DNA of 63,701 nucleotides, counting the filler, from Octopus bimaculoides (Eukaryota): the NCBI RefSeq assembly GCF_001194135.2. It is 6 parts of 6 records of this genome, joined end to end, with 100 filler letters (N's around TTAATTAATTAA, not from the genome) between each part and the next. Parts side by side here need not be neighbours in the genome. Positions count along the whole stretch, not along the records: positions 1 to 27,619 come from NC_068983.1; 5 more parts are not named here. The stretch is one strand, 5' to 3'. Every line of letters starts with the position of its first letter. Positions within the stretch are counted from its first letter, which is position 1. The position numbers and the translations under genes are program-made. Shown one piece after another: positions 13,461 through 27,318 of this stretch. Below the pieces are notes generated by a model, which saw nothing but the letters and a program-made list of their open reading frames with translations, searched no databases and had not been told where the DNA came from.

Positions 13461-15136
13461 ATAAATATTATTTATAGGTCAAAATACATGTATTAAAGCG
13501 CTTGCTAATAGTTTCATATGTTGAGAAATCTCAAAACATTCTTCAGGCACAAACCACATCTCATAATGAACTAAACAATTTGAATAATAGAAGAAATGCA
13601 AAAAATCTGAAAAGGTAGCATATAGAAAACACAAAATGCGAAAAACGGAAAACGAAAACACGAAAGCTAAAATGTAAAAAATAAAAAGTAAAAAGCTAAA
13701 AAGTTTATCTTCCTTAGACGTTAAATGATAAGGCTGGAAAGATATCAGCTCAGTTAAGAACAGATGGAATTTTCCAGTTCTTCAAAATATATTTATACAT
13801 ATGCATGCAACCACTGGAAATTTCTGACCTGGAGTTCAATAGAGGGATCTTTGATCTGAACTGGATCTGCGCTCTTTCATATAAGATCCATTCATACAAG
13901 GTATGGATTTCTCAATTACTTTCCATTTAATCACATGCGGTGTTTCGTTATCTTTCAAACTCCATACGTAGCTAGCCAACGTAGTAGCCTTACTTTAGTC
14001 CTTATGTCGGAAGGAGGCAATGTGATTGGTATAGCGATTTTTAAATTCTCTTTCACATGATCCAATATAGGTCTTCTTATCAGTTGTATTATTATTTAGG
14101 GTTGCAGTAACTTCTACCGTGGCGGCGGCGGCGGCGGTGGTGCTGCTGCTGCTGCTGCTGCTGCTACGGTGCTATTTTGTCTTTGGTAATGATATTGGTG
14201 ATGATCGTGATGATGGTAGTGCTAATAGATTGTAATGATACCGATGATGATGATGATAATGACGGTGTTGGTGGTGGTGATGTTGGTGGTGATGGTGGTG
14301 GTGGTGGTGGTGGTGGTGNNNNNNNNNNNNNNNNNNNNNNNNNNNNNNNNNNNNNNNNNNNNNNNNNNNNNNNNNNNNNNNNNNNNNNNNNNNNNNNNNN
14401 NNNNNNNNNNNNNNNNNNNNNNNNNNNNNNNNNNNNNNNNNNNNNNNNNNNNNNNNNNNNNNNNNNNNNNNNNNNNNNNNNNNNNNNNNNNNNNNNNNNN
14501 NNNNNNNNNNNNNNNNNNNNNNNNNNNNNNNNNNNNNNNNNNNNNNNNNNNNNNNNNNNNNNNNNNNNNNNNNNNNNNNNNNNNNNNNNNNNNNNNNNNN
14601 NNNNNNNNNNNNNNNNNNNNNNNNNNNNNNNNNNNNNNNNNNNNNNNNNNNNNNNNNNNNNNNNNNNNNNNNNNNNNNNNNNNNNNNNNNNNNNNNNNNN
14701 NNNNNNNNNNNNNNNNNNNNNNNNNNNNNNNNNNNNNNNNNNNNNNNNNNNNNNNNNNNNNNNNNNNNNNNNNNNNNNNNNNNNNNNNNNNNNNNNNNNN
14801 NNNNNNNNNNNNNNNNNNNNNNNNNNNNNNNNNNNNNNNNNNNNNNNNNNNNNNNNNNNNNNNNNNNNNNNNNNNNNNNNNGTGTGTGTGTGTGTGTATG
14901 TGTGTGTGTGTGCGTGTGTGTGCATGCATGTGTGTGCGTGTGTGTGTGTATGTGTGTGTGTGTGTGTGCGTGTGTGTGCATGCATGTGTGTGCGTGTGTG
15001 TGTGTGTGCTGAAGATACAACACACACACACACGCCACTACCACTGCGGAGGCATTCTAGAAAGAAAGAAAGAAGAGAGGAATGATGCATTGTAGATATA
15101 TAACGACGGGATCTGGAGGTAGATATACAGTTAGAC

Positions 15137-15370
15137 CCGTGGTTCCCAAAGTGGGCAGTACTCCCCCATCTGGGCGATAAAGAGGTAGTGAATCATGTAA
15201 AAACAAACAAAATAATGGGTTCATTAGGTTAAGTTTTAATTGTGAAATACAGTTGCTTTAGATTTGCTTCAGAAAGAGGTCTATGTTTGTGGTGGTTAAT
15301 TGAGGTGGGGGTACTAGGGATGCGGCCTGGGTGTCAAGGGGGTGGCAGCCCGAAAAAGTTTGAGAGCCAG
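15137..15370 (+). mobile_element. hAT (Buster/Charlie-type) MITE with 8-bp target site duplication
   Basis: Ends CCGTGGTTCCCAAA and TTTGAGAGCCAG; AGTTAGAC is present directly on both sides (15129-15136 and 15371-15378) with the central TA typical of Buster TSDs. Confidence 0.8.
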
Positions 15371-15399
15371 AGTTAGACGAACGGACATACATACATACG

Positions 15400-15456
<57 letters not shown>

Positions 15457-16662
15457 GTGCGTGACTGGGTGGTGAGTGTGCTTTTTACGTGGTACCAGCA
15501 CCTGCTGGGTCCGTTTGGCATAATTGCTACGGTTGGATGCCCTTTCCTTGCGTCAACTACTTTACAGAGTGGCCTAGGTGCTTTTCACGTGATACCAGCA
15601 CCGGCACGAAAGAAATTACAATTGTGTACAAGCAATGCATGAGACTTATCGCGGATTAGGTCAGTTGTAACTCGGGCCCCTAACCCTCCGCTACAACCCA
15701 CAAAACCATCAACCCAGTCCCCGCATAGTTAGGGAGCAGACTGTGCAACCCAACACATTGCTAAAACTTACAGCATGCAACAGGATAGCCTGAAAATATT
15801 ACACTCTCTCCTGCCCAGTCAGTTCCTATAAACTCATAAATTTTGGTGGTGGACACGGCCGGAGCGTGACGCTGTTCTTCTGTACTCATCGCAGCTGATG
15901 TAGTTCTCAACTCTAGCGTTTGATAACTAATAAAACTATTGATGCTACCCTTATTTCTATACATATGTATACTTCTATATTTGTCTGGATTGTGGGAGAG
16001 AGGTAGTGTTTCAGGAGGTTATTATAATCGTACTTCGGGGTATTGTATATCCACCCGGATATATTAAGGTAGTTTTGGATATAACGATAGGGACTGTGAC
16101 AAGGTTGGAGCTCGTTGTGGCAACAAACTGTGACCCTCGTATGTCTGGCAGCTCCTTTCTTTTAATACGCACGAGTAAGCACATAAATGCGAAACAGGGT
16201 GGGAAAAAATAGTACTCGAATACCAGAGATAGAGTAATATGCTTTGAGCAGCAGTTGTTTTGTTTTTTTCTTGTTTTTGCAGCTTTAATAATTTCGTTAT
16301 GTCGATGGTCCGTGGTTTCTGTAGAACCTGCAATGATCTGCAGTACAATATTTAGTTTTCTGTTCTTAGTAATTTATTGTGGTTGGAGTTACCAATGATG
16401 GATCTAATGGGTTGTTTGTACGCTATCGATGTTGATCCTTTCGGCTGACCAATGGTGGTAGCTGTAACTGCTTGTGTGTCATTTTGTTTTCTTTACCATG
16501 TTTTATGACAATTTGATGTTGTTAAGNNNNNNNNNNNNNNNNNNNNNNNNNNNNNNNNNNNNNNNNNNNNNNNNNNNNNNNNNNNNNNNNNNNNNNNNNN
16601 NNNNNNNNNNNNNNNNNNNNNNNNNNNNNNNNNNNNNNNNNNNNNNNNNNNNNNNNNNNNNN

Positions 16663-16952
16663 CAAGTGGCTGAGCACTCCACAGACACGTGTACCCTTAA
16701 CGTAGTTCTCGGGGATATTCAGTGTGACACAGTGTAACAAGGCTGACCCTTTGAATTACAGGCACAACAGAAACAGGAAGAAAGAGTGAGAGAAAGTTGT
16801 GGTGAAAGAGTACAGCAGTGTTCGCCACCATCCCCTGCCGGAGCCTCATGGAGCTTTAGGTGTTTCCGCTCAATAAACACTCACAACGCCCGGTCTGGGA
16901 ATCGAAACCGCGAGCCCGCTTCCCTAACCACTGGGCCATTGCGCTTCCACAA
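16663..16952 (-). mobile_element. SINE family B
   Basis: Reverse complement of the 8698-9047 element. Confidence 0.85.
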
Positions 16953-17689
16953 CTAGGCAATTTAAATAGGGTGAGATGAATTGTGCGACAATGTCCAGAG
17001 AATGACGGGAAGATGTGAGATGTCAATCCTCGTATAAAGCTGTTTGTATGTTTTGTGGAAGCATAAGAACGTCTTGTATGTATAAATTGAATCGAGGGGT
17101 TAACAAGATGGGTCTTTGTGGCAGACTATTCCGGATATTACAGATTCCGGAAATGTTATTGAAAAGAGAGGTTAACAAGATGGGTCTTTGTGGTAGACTA
17201 TTCCGGATATTACAGATTCCGGAAATGTTATACTTCTAAACTACTAAACCGTTTCAAAGATTCAACAACTGATTGATGTTATAATGCATGTTATGCAAAC
17301 GGATGTATATAAGAAGGTAATAATTATACACAAGCAAAAATATTATCAGCTCGCATGAAGTTAATATCTTCAAGCTGGAACCGCCGAATATTTTCGTCGG
17401 AATAATGGAAGAATGAACATAAGAATCCGGTCAGTCTAAGCATTAAATGCGGAGTTTATTTTTCACTTAGACCCAAGTTTGCTTATTCACTATACATAAG
17501 TAAAAAAAGACAAAGAAAAGCAAGCATAACGAGTGTATTGAAATGATGTAACAGTCTTAACTTTACAGCTGTTTCGGATGAACCATGCTTGGTGCTGTAA
17601 CAATGCATATTATGTAATAAAGTCTCGTAATATCTTAGGGATACGGAATTACAAGAATTCTTATAGGTATATTCCTGGCTATCGTGTGT

Positions 17690-17804
17690 GTGTGTGTGAA
17701 TTATCAGAGGATGTTCAGATTAGTTACCGTTCAGTTCAGTCCATTACCATTGAAGATTTAGGTATGAGATGCACGTCTACCAAATTTGTGCCAGAACTGC
17801 TTTC

Positions 17805-17806
<2 letters not shown>
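17690..17806 (+). mobile_element. Mariner transposase fragment
   Basis: ELSEDVQISYRSVQSITIEDLGMRCTSTKFVPELL resembles the second HTH plus the WVP-like linker of mariner transposases. Confidence 0.7.
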
Positions 17807-17846
<40 letters not shown>

Positions 17847-18472
17847 TTCTATATATATATATAGAAAAGAGAGTTTGAAAATGTCGGTTCACTTTTTAAA
17901 AAAAAGATTATCAAAAGTAAAATGTAAAGCTTTGTATAAGCTTTGTTGTGTTAAAAAATCGTTATCACAAAAGTATCAAAATACAGTTATAGAGTCTTTG
18001 ATAATGATAAGAAAATGTTAAAAAATGTAATCTATTTCTTAACATTTTCTTATCATTATCAAAGGCCTCTGCATTTTCAAACCTTCTTTCCTATATATTT
18101 TCACTTGTGCGGTATCTTGCAAGTTTACTTTGTTTTATATATGTATATATACATATATATATATATACGTATATATTTGGCGATATGTATATGTATATAT
18201 ATTACACACACGCACAAAGCCCGTAAATAGACGTAAATTCTGTACCGTCCCTAATTCTTTTTCTCTGACGCCTTTTATTGCTTTTTCTTCCTTTTGATAA
18301 AAGGCATAACCCAGAACGTTGGATCCCTTTCTGTCTCTTCCATTGGCACATTTATTTTCATCTTACACATTCTTCCACATTTCTACACTATTTTCATGAG
18401 TTCTGCTTGTCTAACTTCATGTATTATTTGTTTATCTCTTCTTTGCTTTATCATCTACTCATATTATTATTA

Positions 18473-18519
<47 letters not shown>

Positions 18520-19523
18520 TAAAACAGTTTGCTTCAGCCCAAAAACTGTTTTAAATAATAATGTATGTAACTTTAACTAAATGTGCTGAGTGCCTCTTTC
18601 CTTCGTTTGTCCACTCACTCACCNNNNNNNNNNNNNNNNNNNNNNNNNNNNNNNNNNNNNNNNNNNNNNNNNNNNNNNNNNNNNNNNNNNNNNNNNNNNN
18701 NNNNNNNNNNNNNNNNNNNNNNNNNNNNNNNNNNNNNNNNNNNNNNNNNNNNNNNNNNNNNNNNNNNNNNNNNNNNNNNNNNNNNNNNNNNNNNNNNNNN
18801 NNNNNNNNNNNNNNNNNNNNNNNNNNNNNNNNNNNNNNNNNNNNNNNNNNNNNNNNNNNNNNNNNNNNNNNNNNNNNNNNNNNNNNNNNNNNNNNNNNNN
18901 NNNNNNNNNNNNNNNNNNNTATATATATATATATGTATATATATTATCATCATTGTTTAATGTCTGTTATCGATGCTGGCATGGGTTGGATGGTTTTACT
19001 GAGGAAGTTATGTCCCAGGAAGTTATAAAACTTATTTTCGTGATTTCTTGATGCAAACTAGAAAATATAATTTGAAAATTCTTGCTCGTAGAACACAAGC
19101 AAACTATTAAAGACAAAAAAAAGTACTCTTTAAAGTGGCAAAATTAACCATTTGATGGAAGAAACAACATCATCATGGATCTTTTTTCTATTTGTAAAAT
19201 CTGCTTGAAACATTTCAATTAAGTCACAAATAAACATTTCACATCAATATCCTTCTTCTATAAACTTCATGCTCTGTCCTTGTGTCATCATCATCATCAT
19301 CATCATTATCATTTTCATGTCCGCTTGTCCATACTTGATTGGGTTGGATGGAGTTTACCAAGGCAGATTTTGTGTAGCTGGATCCCCTTGTTGTCGTCAC
19401 TGCTAGCCTCTTTTCAAATATAGCAATATTACCCCAAAGCCAGACATGTTTTCCATGGAAGACTGGGAAAGAACAACATCACCACATGATAGTGACAATG
19501 ATTAACAACTTCCATACAATGCC

Positions 19524-19557
<34 letters not shown>

Positions 19558-19763
19558 ATGGACTCTATTCAGCTTCTGTTTACCATGTCTACTTCCAAGG
19601 CTTTGATTGGCCTGGAGCTGAAACAGAAGACACCTGTCCCAGGTGTGCTACTCAGGGGGACTGAACCTGAAACCATGTGGCTAGGACACAAACTTCTCGA
19701 CCACACAGCTATCCTTGTAAATAGAATTCAAAATAAAAATTCCTTAAACTATCAGTTACAATG

Positions 19764-20891
19764 TTATATTATAGTTTTATTGAGTTTTTCAATGAGTTCT
19801 GTATACTTTTTACCATCTTTTGTTATGTAGAGAAGCGAAGGGATATCGTTACCAAATTCTCTTAATTCGAAATATCTGAGTTTTATTGTTTCTTTACTGA
19901 ATTTAAACACACGTGAATAATTAATGATCTCCTCAGCAGAAAAGCCACACTCATCTTGCAAGAAGTCTAAAATGTATTGTATTTTTCGTATTTTCACAGA
20001 CAACAGATGTGGGTATTTCTTTACCATAGTGTCAACAGTGCTACCACTACAACCAAGGCGTTTACAGAGATATTCTTTGGTACTCTGGCAATCTCCATAG
20101 ATTGATGCCCTCTCAGCCAAGGATTTAACCATTAAATCAAATTCCTCATTTTCAGCCTTCATTATTCGAGATAAACAATGTCTCCAGAGAAAAGAAGGAA
20201 TTTTATGTTTCTTTAATGCTGTTAGTTTCTCTTCAATATCTTCAGCTGAATATGCTAATAACCAAATCTTCTGTGGAATAATTGACTTTAGTTCTTCTTC
20301 AATGCCTAATGAGTGTTCCAATTTCTTCTGTATTGTTGACAATTTAGATTTTTCCAACCAATCTGAGTTCTCTAAAATCCTTTTGATTTCAGCTTCTGAA
20401 CAATCCAAATAGTTGACAAGAAGGCTGCATTTGTCCTGGTGCTCCTGTCGTGCGTGTGTATCCTTCAAATAGGTATCATACCGGTGGTTAAAGTCTTTAT
20501 TTGTGACGTTAATCATCCAAAGACGGATGTGCTTTTGATCGGTGTTAAACTTCAAGCTTTCAATCCTTGATTTAACAGTTTCATATTTACGTTTAAAGAT
20601 GTCAGGATATGTGAGAACATCATGGCCACTGATTGAATGATCAGCAAATAAATCCACAAGGCTTTTGAACTTGGATCGTGTCATTTTCACAATCCTATAA
20701 TTACGTTTGAGAAAATCTAAAGACTGTGTTTCTCCACAAGCAAGCTTTTCAGTCAAGTATTTTTGCCGCCAAATATATTCTTCTGATGAATTGGTAATAA
20801 AACAGATTTGATTCAAAAAAAAATCCTGGTTCCCGATGTGTGAAAAACGGAAACTGGAAAAACTCCTCAGATTAAACTTGAATAAAAATCT
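19764..20891 (-). CDS. MTERF: mTERF-family mitochondrial transcription termination factor, main coding exon (375 aa)
   Basis: Uninterrupted non-repetitive ORF with helical mTERF-like repeats (YPDIFKRKYETVKSRIESLK, KKYPHLLSVKIRKIQYILDFL, EEIINYSRVFKFSKETIKLRYFEL). The frame extends upstream of the track start to a ttgctctttttcag acceptor (exon begins 20891) and adds RFLFKFNLRSFSSFRFSHIG, an Arg/Phe/Ser-rich presequence-like segment. Subfamily not assignable by eye. Confidence 0.85.
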   Translation of the reverse strand, partial: RFLFKFNLRSFSSFRFSHIGNQDFFLNQICFITNSSEEYIWRQKYLTEKLACGETQSLDFLKRNYRIVKMTRSKFKSLVDLFADHSISGHDVLTYPDIFKRKYETVKSRIESLKFNTDQKHIRLWMINVTNKDFNHRYDTYLKDTHARQEHQDKCSLLVNYLDCSEAEIKRILENSDWLEKSKLSTIQKKLEHSLGIEEELKSIIPQKIWLLAYSAEDIEEKLTALKKHKIPSFLWRHCLSRIMKAENEEFDLMVKSLAERASIYGDCQSTKEYLCKRLGCSGSTVDTMVKKYPHLLSVKIRKIQYILDFLQDECGFSAEEIINYSRVFKFSKETIKLRYFELREFGNDIPSLLYITKDGKKYTELIEKLNKTII

Positions 20892-21267
20892 CTGAAAAAG
20901 AGCAAAAATTGTAATCAGTAATATATCATCATCATCAATATCATCATCATCATCATCATCATCATCACTATCAGTATTATCACTATCAACATTATCATCA
21001 TCAACATCATCATAATGGTTTTAACATACCTGTCCTCTTGCTAACCCTCACCTCTTTTCAAGCAAAGTAATATTTTCCCCAGGGTTGGATATAGTTTCAT
21101 CACTCATTTAAAACCATCACACCATGTCAAGACAAGGGCACACAAATCACAAATGAACATATATACATATATACAAATACCAGTGTCGCAAAACCAGCCC
21201 ATTTAAAAGTATCCTTGAATCATTGGGCAATACTTGAGAAGACCTATTGAATCAAGTAAAATTGAAA

Positions 21268-21640
21268 TCAAAATCAAAATGGAAATTGTAGTTGTGGCCA
21301 ATGTCAGTGCCGCCTGACTGGTTCCCATGCTGGTGGCATGTAATAAGCACCATTCAAACGTGGGTCGATGCCAGTACCACCTGACTGGCTCCCCGTGATG
21401 GTGGCACGTAAAAAGCACCATCCGGACATGGCCGATGCCAGTGTCCCCTGATTAGCTCTTGTGCTGGTGGCACATAAAAAGCACCCACTACACTACAGAG
21501 TGGTTGGCATTGGGAAGGGCATCCAGCTGTAGAAACTCTGCCAGGTGAGATTAGAGCCTGGTGCAGCCTCCTGGCTTGCCAGTCCTCAATCAAACAGTCC
21601 AACCCATGCCAGCATGGAAAGCAAATGCTAATTTAGGATG
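21268..21640 (+). mobile_element. SINE-like repeat with internal tandem GTGCTGGTGGCAC(G/A)TAAAAAGCACC units
   Basis: The unit recurs about three times, followed by GGTTGGCATTGGGAAGGGCATCCAGCTGTAGAAAC; related fragments at about 23270-23470 and inverted at about 15460-15610. Confidence 0.7.
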
Positions 21641-21813
21641 ATGACGATGATGATGATATGGAATAGATACATTGTGTCCCTGCATGTCGTAAGAAGCAAC
21701 TAAGTGAGAGGGTTAGCGTCAGGAAAGATATTTGCTCATGAAACACTGCTTCAAACAGTTTCCCTCCAACTCATATCAGTAAGAATAGAAAGAGATAAAA
21801 ACAATGCTGTTAC

Positions 21814-21858
<45 letters not shown>

Positions 21859-22511
21859 AAGACTTTACAAACACCAATTTGAGAGAGGCAACAGTAACAG
21901 ACCTACGAATCTATCACTTGTCAAGCAGCTATGTTACCATTTCTGACTCGCAGAACCTGACATTTCTCTTCTCAAGTAAAAGGAAAAAAATTGACAATTT
22001 CAGAAATGGAAAGTAGTAAGTGCCTTGCAATGCAGGTGAAACTGCAATCATCTGGGAAGCGATAGCAATATTGTCTGAGTTCCTAAAGAGAGTTTGTCTC
22101 TTTTTCCATCACAGATTGGAGTTTATTTTGTAAATCATTTATTTTATGCATTTTCACCCAATATGTTTAGTCAACTCTGGCTGCACACAAAAGAAAGTTG
22201 AAGAGAAACAACTCCACAGGAATGCACCAAAACAAGTTAGAACCAAGCATTTGAATTGGTCGTATCCAACCCAAATATTGTAACTGTTTTATGTTTAAAC
22301 CAACCAGATTTGGCCTCTCACTCCTACCTTGCAATGTCATTCTAAAAATAAGCAATCATCTCATTGGAATCTCAAAGCTACAAGACGGTGCCAAGCTGCC
22401 AGAACGGCGAAATCACTGGCTTCGTTAACAAGTCTCAGAATTCTAAACCAAGGGAAATAACTCTTGCACACAGCTAATTCTTGCATAAACGCTGAGTTTC
22501 ACTTTCTATTT

Positions 22512-22865
22512 ACCCCGCGGCTATGCTGGGGCACCGCCCTGAAGAATTTTAGTCCAACAAATTGACCAATGTACTTTTTTTTTATTTTTAAATCTCAGTA
22601 CTTATTCTATCAGTTTCTTTTGAAGAATTGCTAAGTTGTAGGGATGTAAATACACCAACACCAGCTGTCGATCAGTGATGGAGGACACAGACACACACAC
22701 ACACATATATATATATATATTTACAACAAGCTTCTTTCAGTTTCTATCTACTAAATGCACTTACAAGGCTTTGGTCAGCCCCAGGCTATAACAGAAGTCA
22801 CTTGCCCAAAGTACCACACAGTGGGACTGAACCCAGAACCATGTGGTTGGGAAGCAAACTTCATG
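22512..22865 (-). mobile_element. tRNA-derived SINE, family C
   Basis: Inverted copy of the GCTTCCCAACCACATGGTTC.GGGTTCAGTCCCACTG..GGGCAAGTG family; compare 30490-31003. Confidence 0.8.
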
Positions 22866-23829
22866 CTACAAGGAATAGTTGAATACCACACAATCTCATT
22901 TTTCACCACCCTGGATCAAGAGTTAAATAAGAAATTAATCTTTTTTACATTTATTCTTCCCTTTTCTCCATCGACCACACTCGAACCCATGTTCACCATT
23001 CACTACGTTCATCTTTTTCTTCACCTCTAACCATCTGTCACTCTCTTGCAAAGTCACCCACACACCCATCCTCGATTCTCTCTCTTTATCCACTTTCTGC
23101 TACCTTGAGGGAATGCCCTGCCACTTCATCTCTACCATCCATCTTCCTTTCCAAGTGGGTGGGGGTCATGTAGCTCCTCTGCAGCAAGACACCCATTCCT
23201 CATTGCCATACTTTAAACTCTCATCACCAGGTATAAAGCCCCTTCCCTCGGTACTGCTCCACCTCAGTCAGTTAAGAGGTTTTGTCTTGCAAATTACTAG
23301 TGCTAGTGCCACGAAAAAAAGCACTGGGTCTACCCTGTAAAGTAACTAGCATTAGGAAGGACATACAGCTATAGAAACCATGCCAAAGCAGTCATGGTCC
23401 TCTGGCTCATTTGATTCTGTTGAACTGTCCAACCTACTCCAGCATAGACCAATGGACCGTAGAATTTACATCATGACAATAATGATGATGCTGTATATAA
23501 TGGCTGATTCTTCAAACTGGGTTATCTGCATGTGTTATTGATTGAGGTTAATCTGTTAGGCTTTCATCATTAATTATTCAATCTTAAAGCAAATTGACTG
23601 ATTAGCATTTAGAAATTTTCCATCATTGTTAACTGACGTATAAAAAGAGAGAAATTGCTGACCATGGCCGTGTGGTTGCTTTCCACTCCTGTGGTTGTAG
23701 ATTCACTCCCACTGCACAGCACTTTGGTCATGTGCCTGTTACTAAAGCCCTCAGCTGACCAATGCTTTATGAGTTGATTTCATAGAGAGAAACTGAGAGA
23801 AGCCCATCTTATATATTTATGTGTCAGTA

Positions 23830-25152
23830 TGTATCATCGGAAAGGAGAGACCATGCACGGACCAGAGTGCGACGCTCAGAGTCCTCGTGGAGCAGGCAAT
23901 GGAATGGCAAACGTCACTCTATGTGTGCTTCGTCAACTTTGAAAAAGCATTCGACAGCGTGGACAGGCAGACAATCTGGGGCATCTTATGACACTATGGT
24001 GTGCCAGAGAAGATTGTATATATATGATGGGCTTCTTTCAGTTTGTCTACAAAATCCACTCACAAGACTTTGGTCAGCCTGAGGCTATTATAGAAGACAC
24101 TCAAGGTACCATGCAGTGGGACTGAACCCTGAACCATGTGGTTGGGAAGCAAGCTTCTTACCATACACCCACGCTTGTGCCTGTGGACATGCATGACATT
24201 GAGAACCAAACAATGTGGATATTCATTATTAACCCATAAAGCAGCGAGTCAGGCAGGGCTGTTTGTTGTCACTGCTCCTGTTCCTCGTCGTGCTGGACTG
24301 GGTCACCAGGACGGCCTACACTACCTCCGGAAAAGGTATTCAGTGGACACTGATGAACAAGATGGAGGACTTGGACTATGCGGATGATCTCGCGCTACTG
24401 TCACATCACTTGCAAGACATGCAAGATAAGGTAGACCCCCTGAGAGAAACTTCACGGCGAGTGGGCTTGAGGATCAGCCAGGAAAAGACAAAAGTACTGT
24501 GTATCAACAACAAGCAGGAAGAGTCAATCACAATCAAGGGGGAACCTGTGGAGGATGTTAGTGAGTTTGTCTACCTTGGCAGCAAGATCAGAAAATCAGG
24601 TGGATCAGACGAGGACATCACTGGAAGAAGCAAGAAGGCTTGGCAAGCCTTCGCTATTCTTCGGCCGGTATGGAAGACTACTACCATCTCAACTCGAACT
24701 AAACTCCGCTTATTTAGTTCAAACGTAAAATCTGTGCTTTTGTATGGCTCTGAAACATGGAGAGCCACCTGCAGCAACTACAAGAAGATCCAGACCTTCA
24801 TCAACAAATGTCTCTGGCAAATCCTCCATCGGAAGTGGTTCGACAGTGACAAACACCGACCTGTGGGAAAGGGCCAACCAGGAGCCCATACATGTTCAGA
24901 TTAGACGAAGGAAATGGAGATGGATCAGACACACACTGCGGAAAGAACCCTCAAATGTGACACGACAAGCACTTGACTGGAACCCGCAGGGGAAAAGGAA
25001 GCGAGGACACCCGAAGCAGGCATGGAAGTGGAGCATTTTGGACGAGCTCATGACCACTGGGAAGCAGCCAAGAAACACGACAATGACCACAAAAAGTGGA
25101 AAACAACTGTTGAGGCCCTATGCTCCACAAGGGGGGAAAAGGATTAAGAAGT
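23830..25152 (+). mobile_element. RTE-clade LINE (RT domain to 3' end), decayed and interrupted by a family C SINE at about 24025-24190
   Basis: [80 protein letters not shown]. Confidence 0.92.
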
Positions 25153-27318
25153 AGAAGAAGCTGACATGAGTTAGACGTTTTAATAGGATCTGGCGAGCTG
25201 TGAGGCTGTGTTGAGCTCCAATGTCAGTTTTGGTATAGATTCTAAAGCTGGACGCATTTCCTAATACCAACCACTTTACAATGTGCACTGAACTGACATG
25301 GGAACATTAACAGAGTTATTAGAATAGACTGAAATAGCAGTCAAACTACCAACAGATCACACCCTACTGTTTTACAAAAGAAGGGCATGTTAAAAAACTA
25401 AAAAGAAACACTAGAGAGATCGTTTGGCTAAATGGCAGAATGGTCACAACTCTTCTTTGATTATACATTACATTTTCGTGAAACTAAAACTGCTCACCTT
25501 GTCAATAGCAGAGTTTCAAGGCCATAAAGTGAAAATGTTTTCCTACAAAACGAGATTACTAAGGAACAAGAATAAAATAGGGGACCGAAGGGTGCTGAGA
25601 AGATTCTGGAAAGCATTCATTGATTTGGTGTCGTTAATGATGTTCGATCCACCAAATATTTTGATCAAATTTCTAATTAATGTGAGAAAAACATGGCTAT
25701 AACTACCCAAGTGTACCAAATGTTTAACAGTAGAGAGAACGATTAAAAGCAAATATAAGAAATACGATTACTTTTCTGCAAAATTATTATCTCATTCACC
25801 CACAAAATATTTCGACTTTTCAGCAACAACATAAAAAAATTCTTCACATTCATAATACCCCTGAAACGAAAAAAAGAAAGAAACAATCACTGCCCAAATC
25901 AGTTCAAACCGAACTGAGGCATAACGAATTGTATGATTTCCAAGTTGTAAAACATTTACGCAGTTTCGAGAAAAACACTTGTCTTGAAGTGTCAGGTTTA
26001 AAGAACAAAGAAAAGAGTGTGTCACGATCTCACTTTTTCGGGAACATTGATGACATATAAAGATGAAGTGGATAAATAAGTTAAAAGTATCATCATATAT
26101 TCTTCAGGAGATTAGCGAGTTCGGTAAAGAGGTAAGAGATTAACGAGTTAGGTAAAGAGGTAAGAACTCCAACTATGAAATAAAAAATACGGTGACATCG
26201 AGTTGTCATTATCCTAACCGTTACCCTTTACATGTCACAGACATTATACTAAGTTATGATAACACGATCCTCACCAAATATGTCACAAATATAGCGATCA
26301 TTATTAAACTGATGTCCTCAATAACTCTTCGACAAAAGAAGGTTAATCAGTATTTGGGGCAAATAAAAACCTTGATTAATATTAAAAAAAGGGGACAGTC
26401 GTTGGTTTTAGGGACGCAGAACTATGTACTTTAAGCCCTGTAGAATATTCATTTGCTTTCCAAACGAAAAAATTAAAATTAAAAACAAGACAGAAATTAA
26501 GACATAAATGAATCTGGTTGCCCCCCACAAGGATTCGTTTCCTGGTAACTTTAAGAAGGTTATAAAAAACAAAGTTGGTGAGGGACACACCTGGAGTCTC
26601 AAACACACAAACACTATTATTATTATTATTATTATCATTATGTACACATGTTTGCGTGTAAGACAATGTTTACATCATTTTCCGTAATAAACTGGTGGAG
26701 AAGTATTAACCATAGAAATCAATTTAACTGAAGCTTAAAGACGAAGGAAGTTGCGACATGATTTATAATATAGTTTATTTTTGTAAAGGCAGAAGATAAG
26801 GCGGCTTAGCATCTGATTAGAAAGTTTATTTAATTAATAAAAGAAAGAAAAACCGGAAAGGAAAATATTGTAAATAAAGTCGAAAAAGAAGTTTGGAATA
26901 GAAATTAAAGCTAAAAAAGTTTTTAAAAAGTTTAAAAAAACAAAGAGAAATCAATATTTACCATTGAGTACATAGCTGTGGATTTTTTTTTCTTTTTAGA
27001 GAGAGAAAGATATTTAACTCTTAAAATAATAATAAAATTGAATAAATTTGTTATTTCGTCGAGAAATAAACATTTTCTGAGAAATATTACTAGGTGTAAA
27101 ACGAAAATAATCTACTGCGAATATTTAGTCCACTTGTAAAAATTTCTCTTTCATTCATTTAACATGAAGTATAGAATTAAAATCTATAAAAATCGTAATA
27201 TATATTTTATTTTATTATTTAAAAGTCCTCTGAATGATATTTTTAAATAAATAAAGTGGAAATTATTTACGTTAAATTCTGTCCCTGACCTAGTGGAGTA
27301 TTTCAAGTGTCACCTTAC

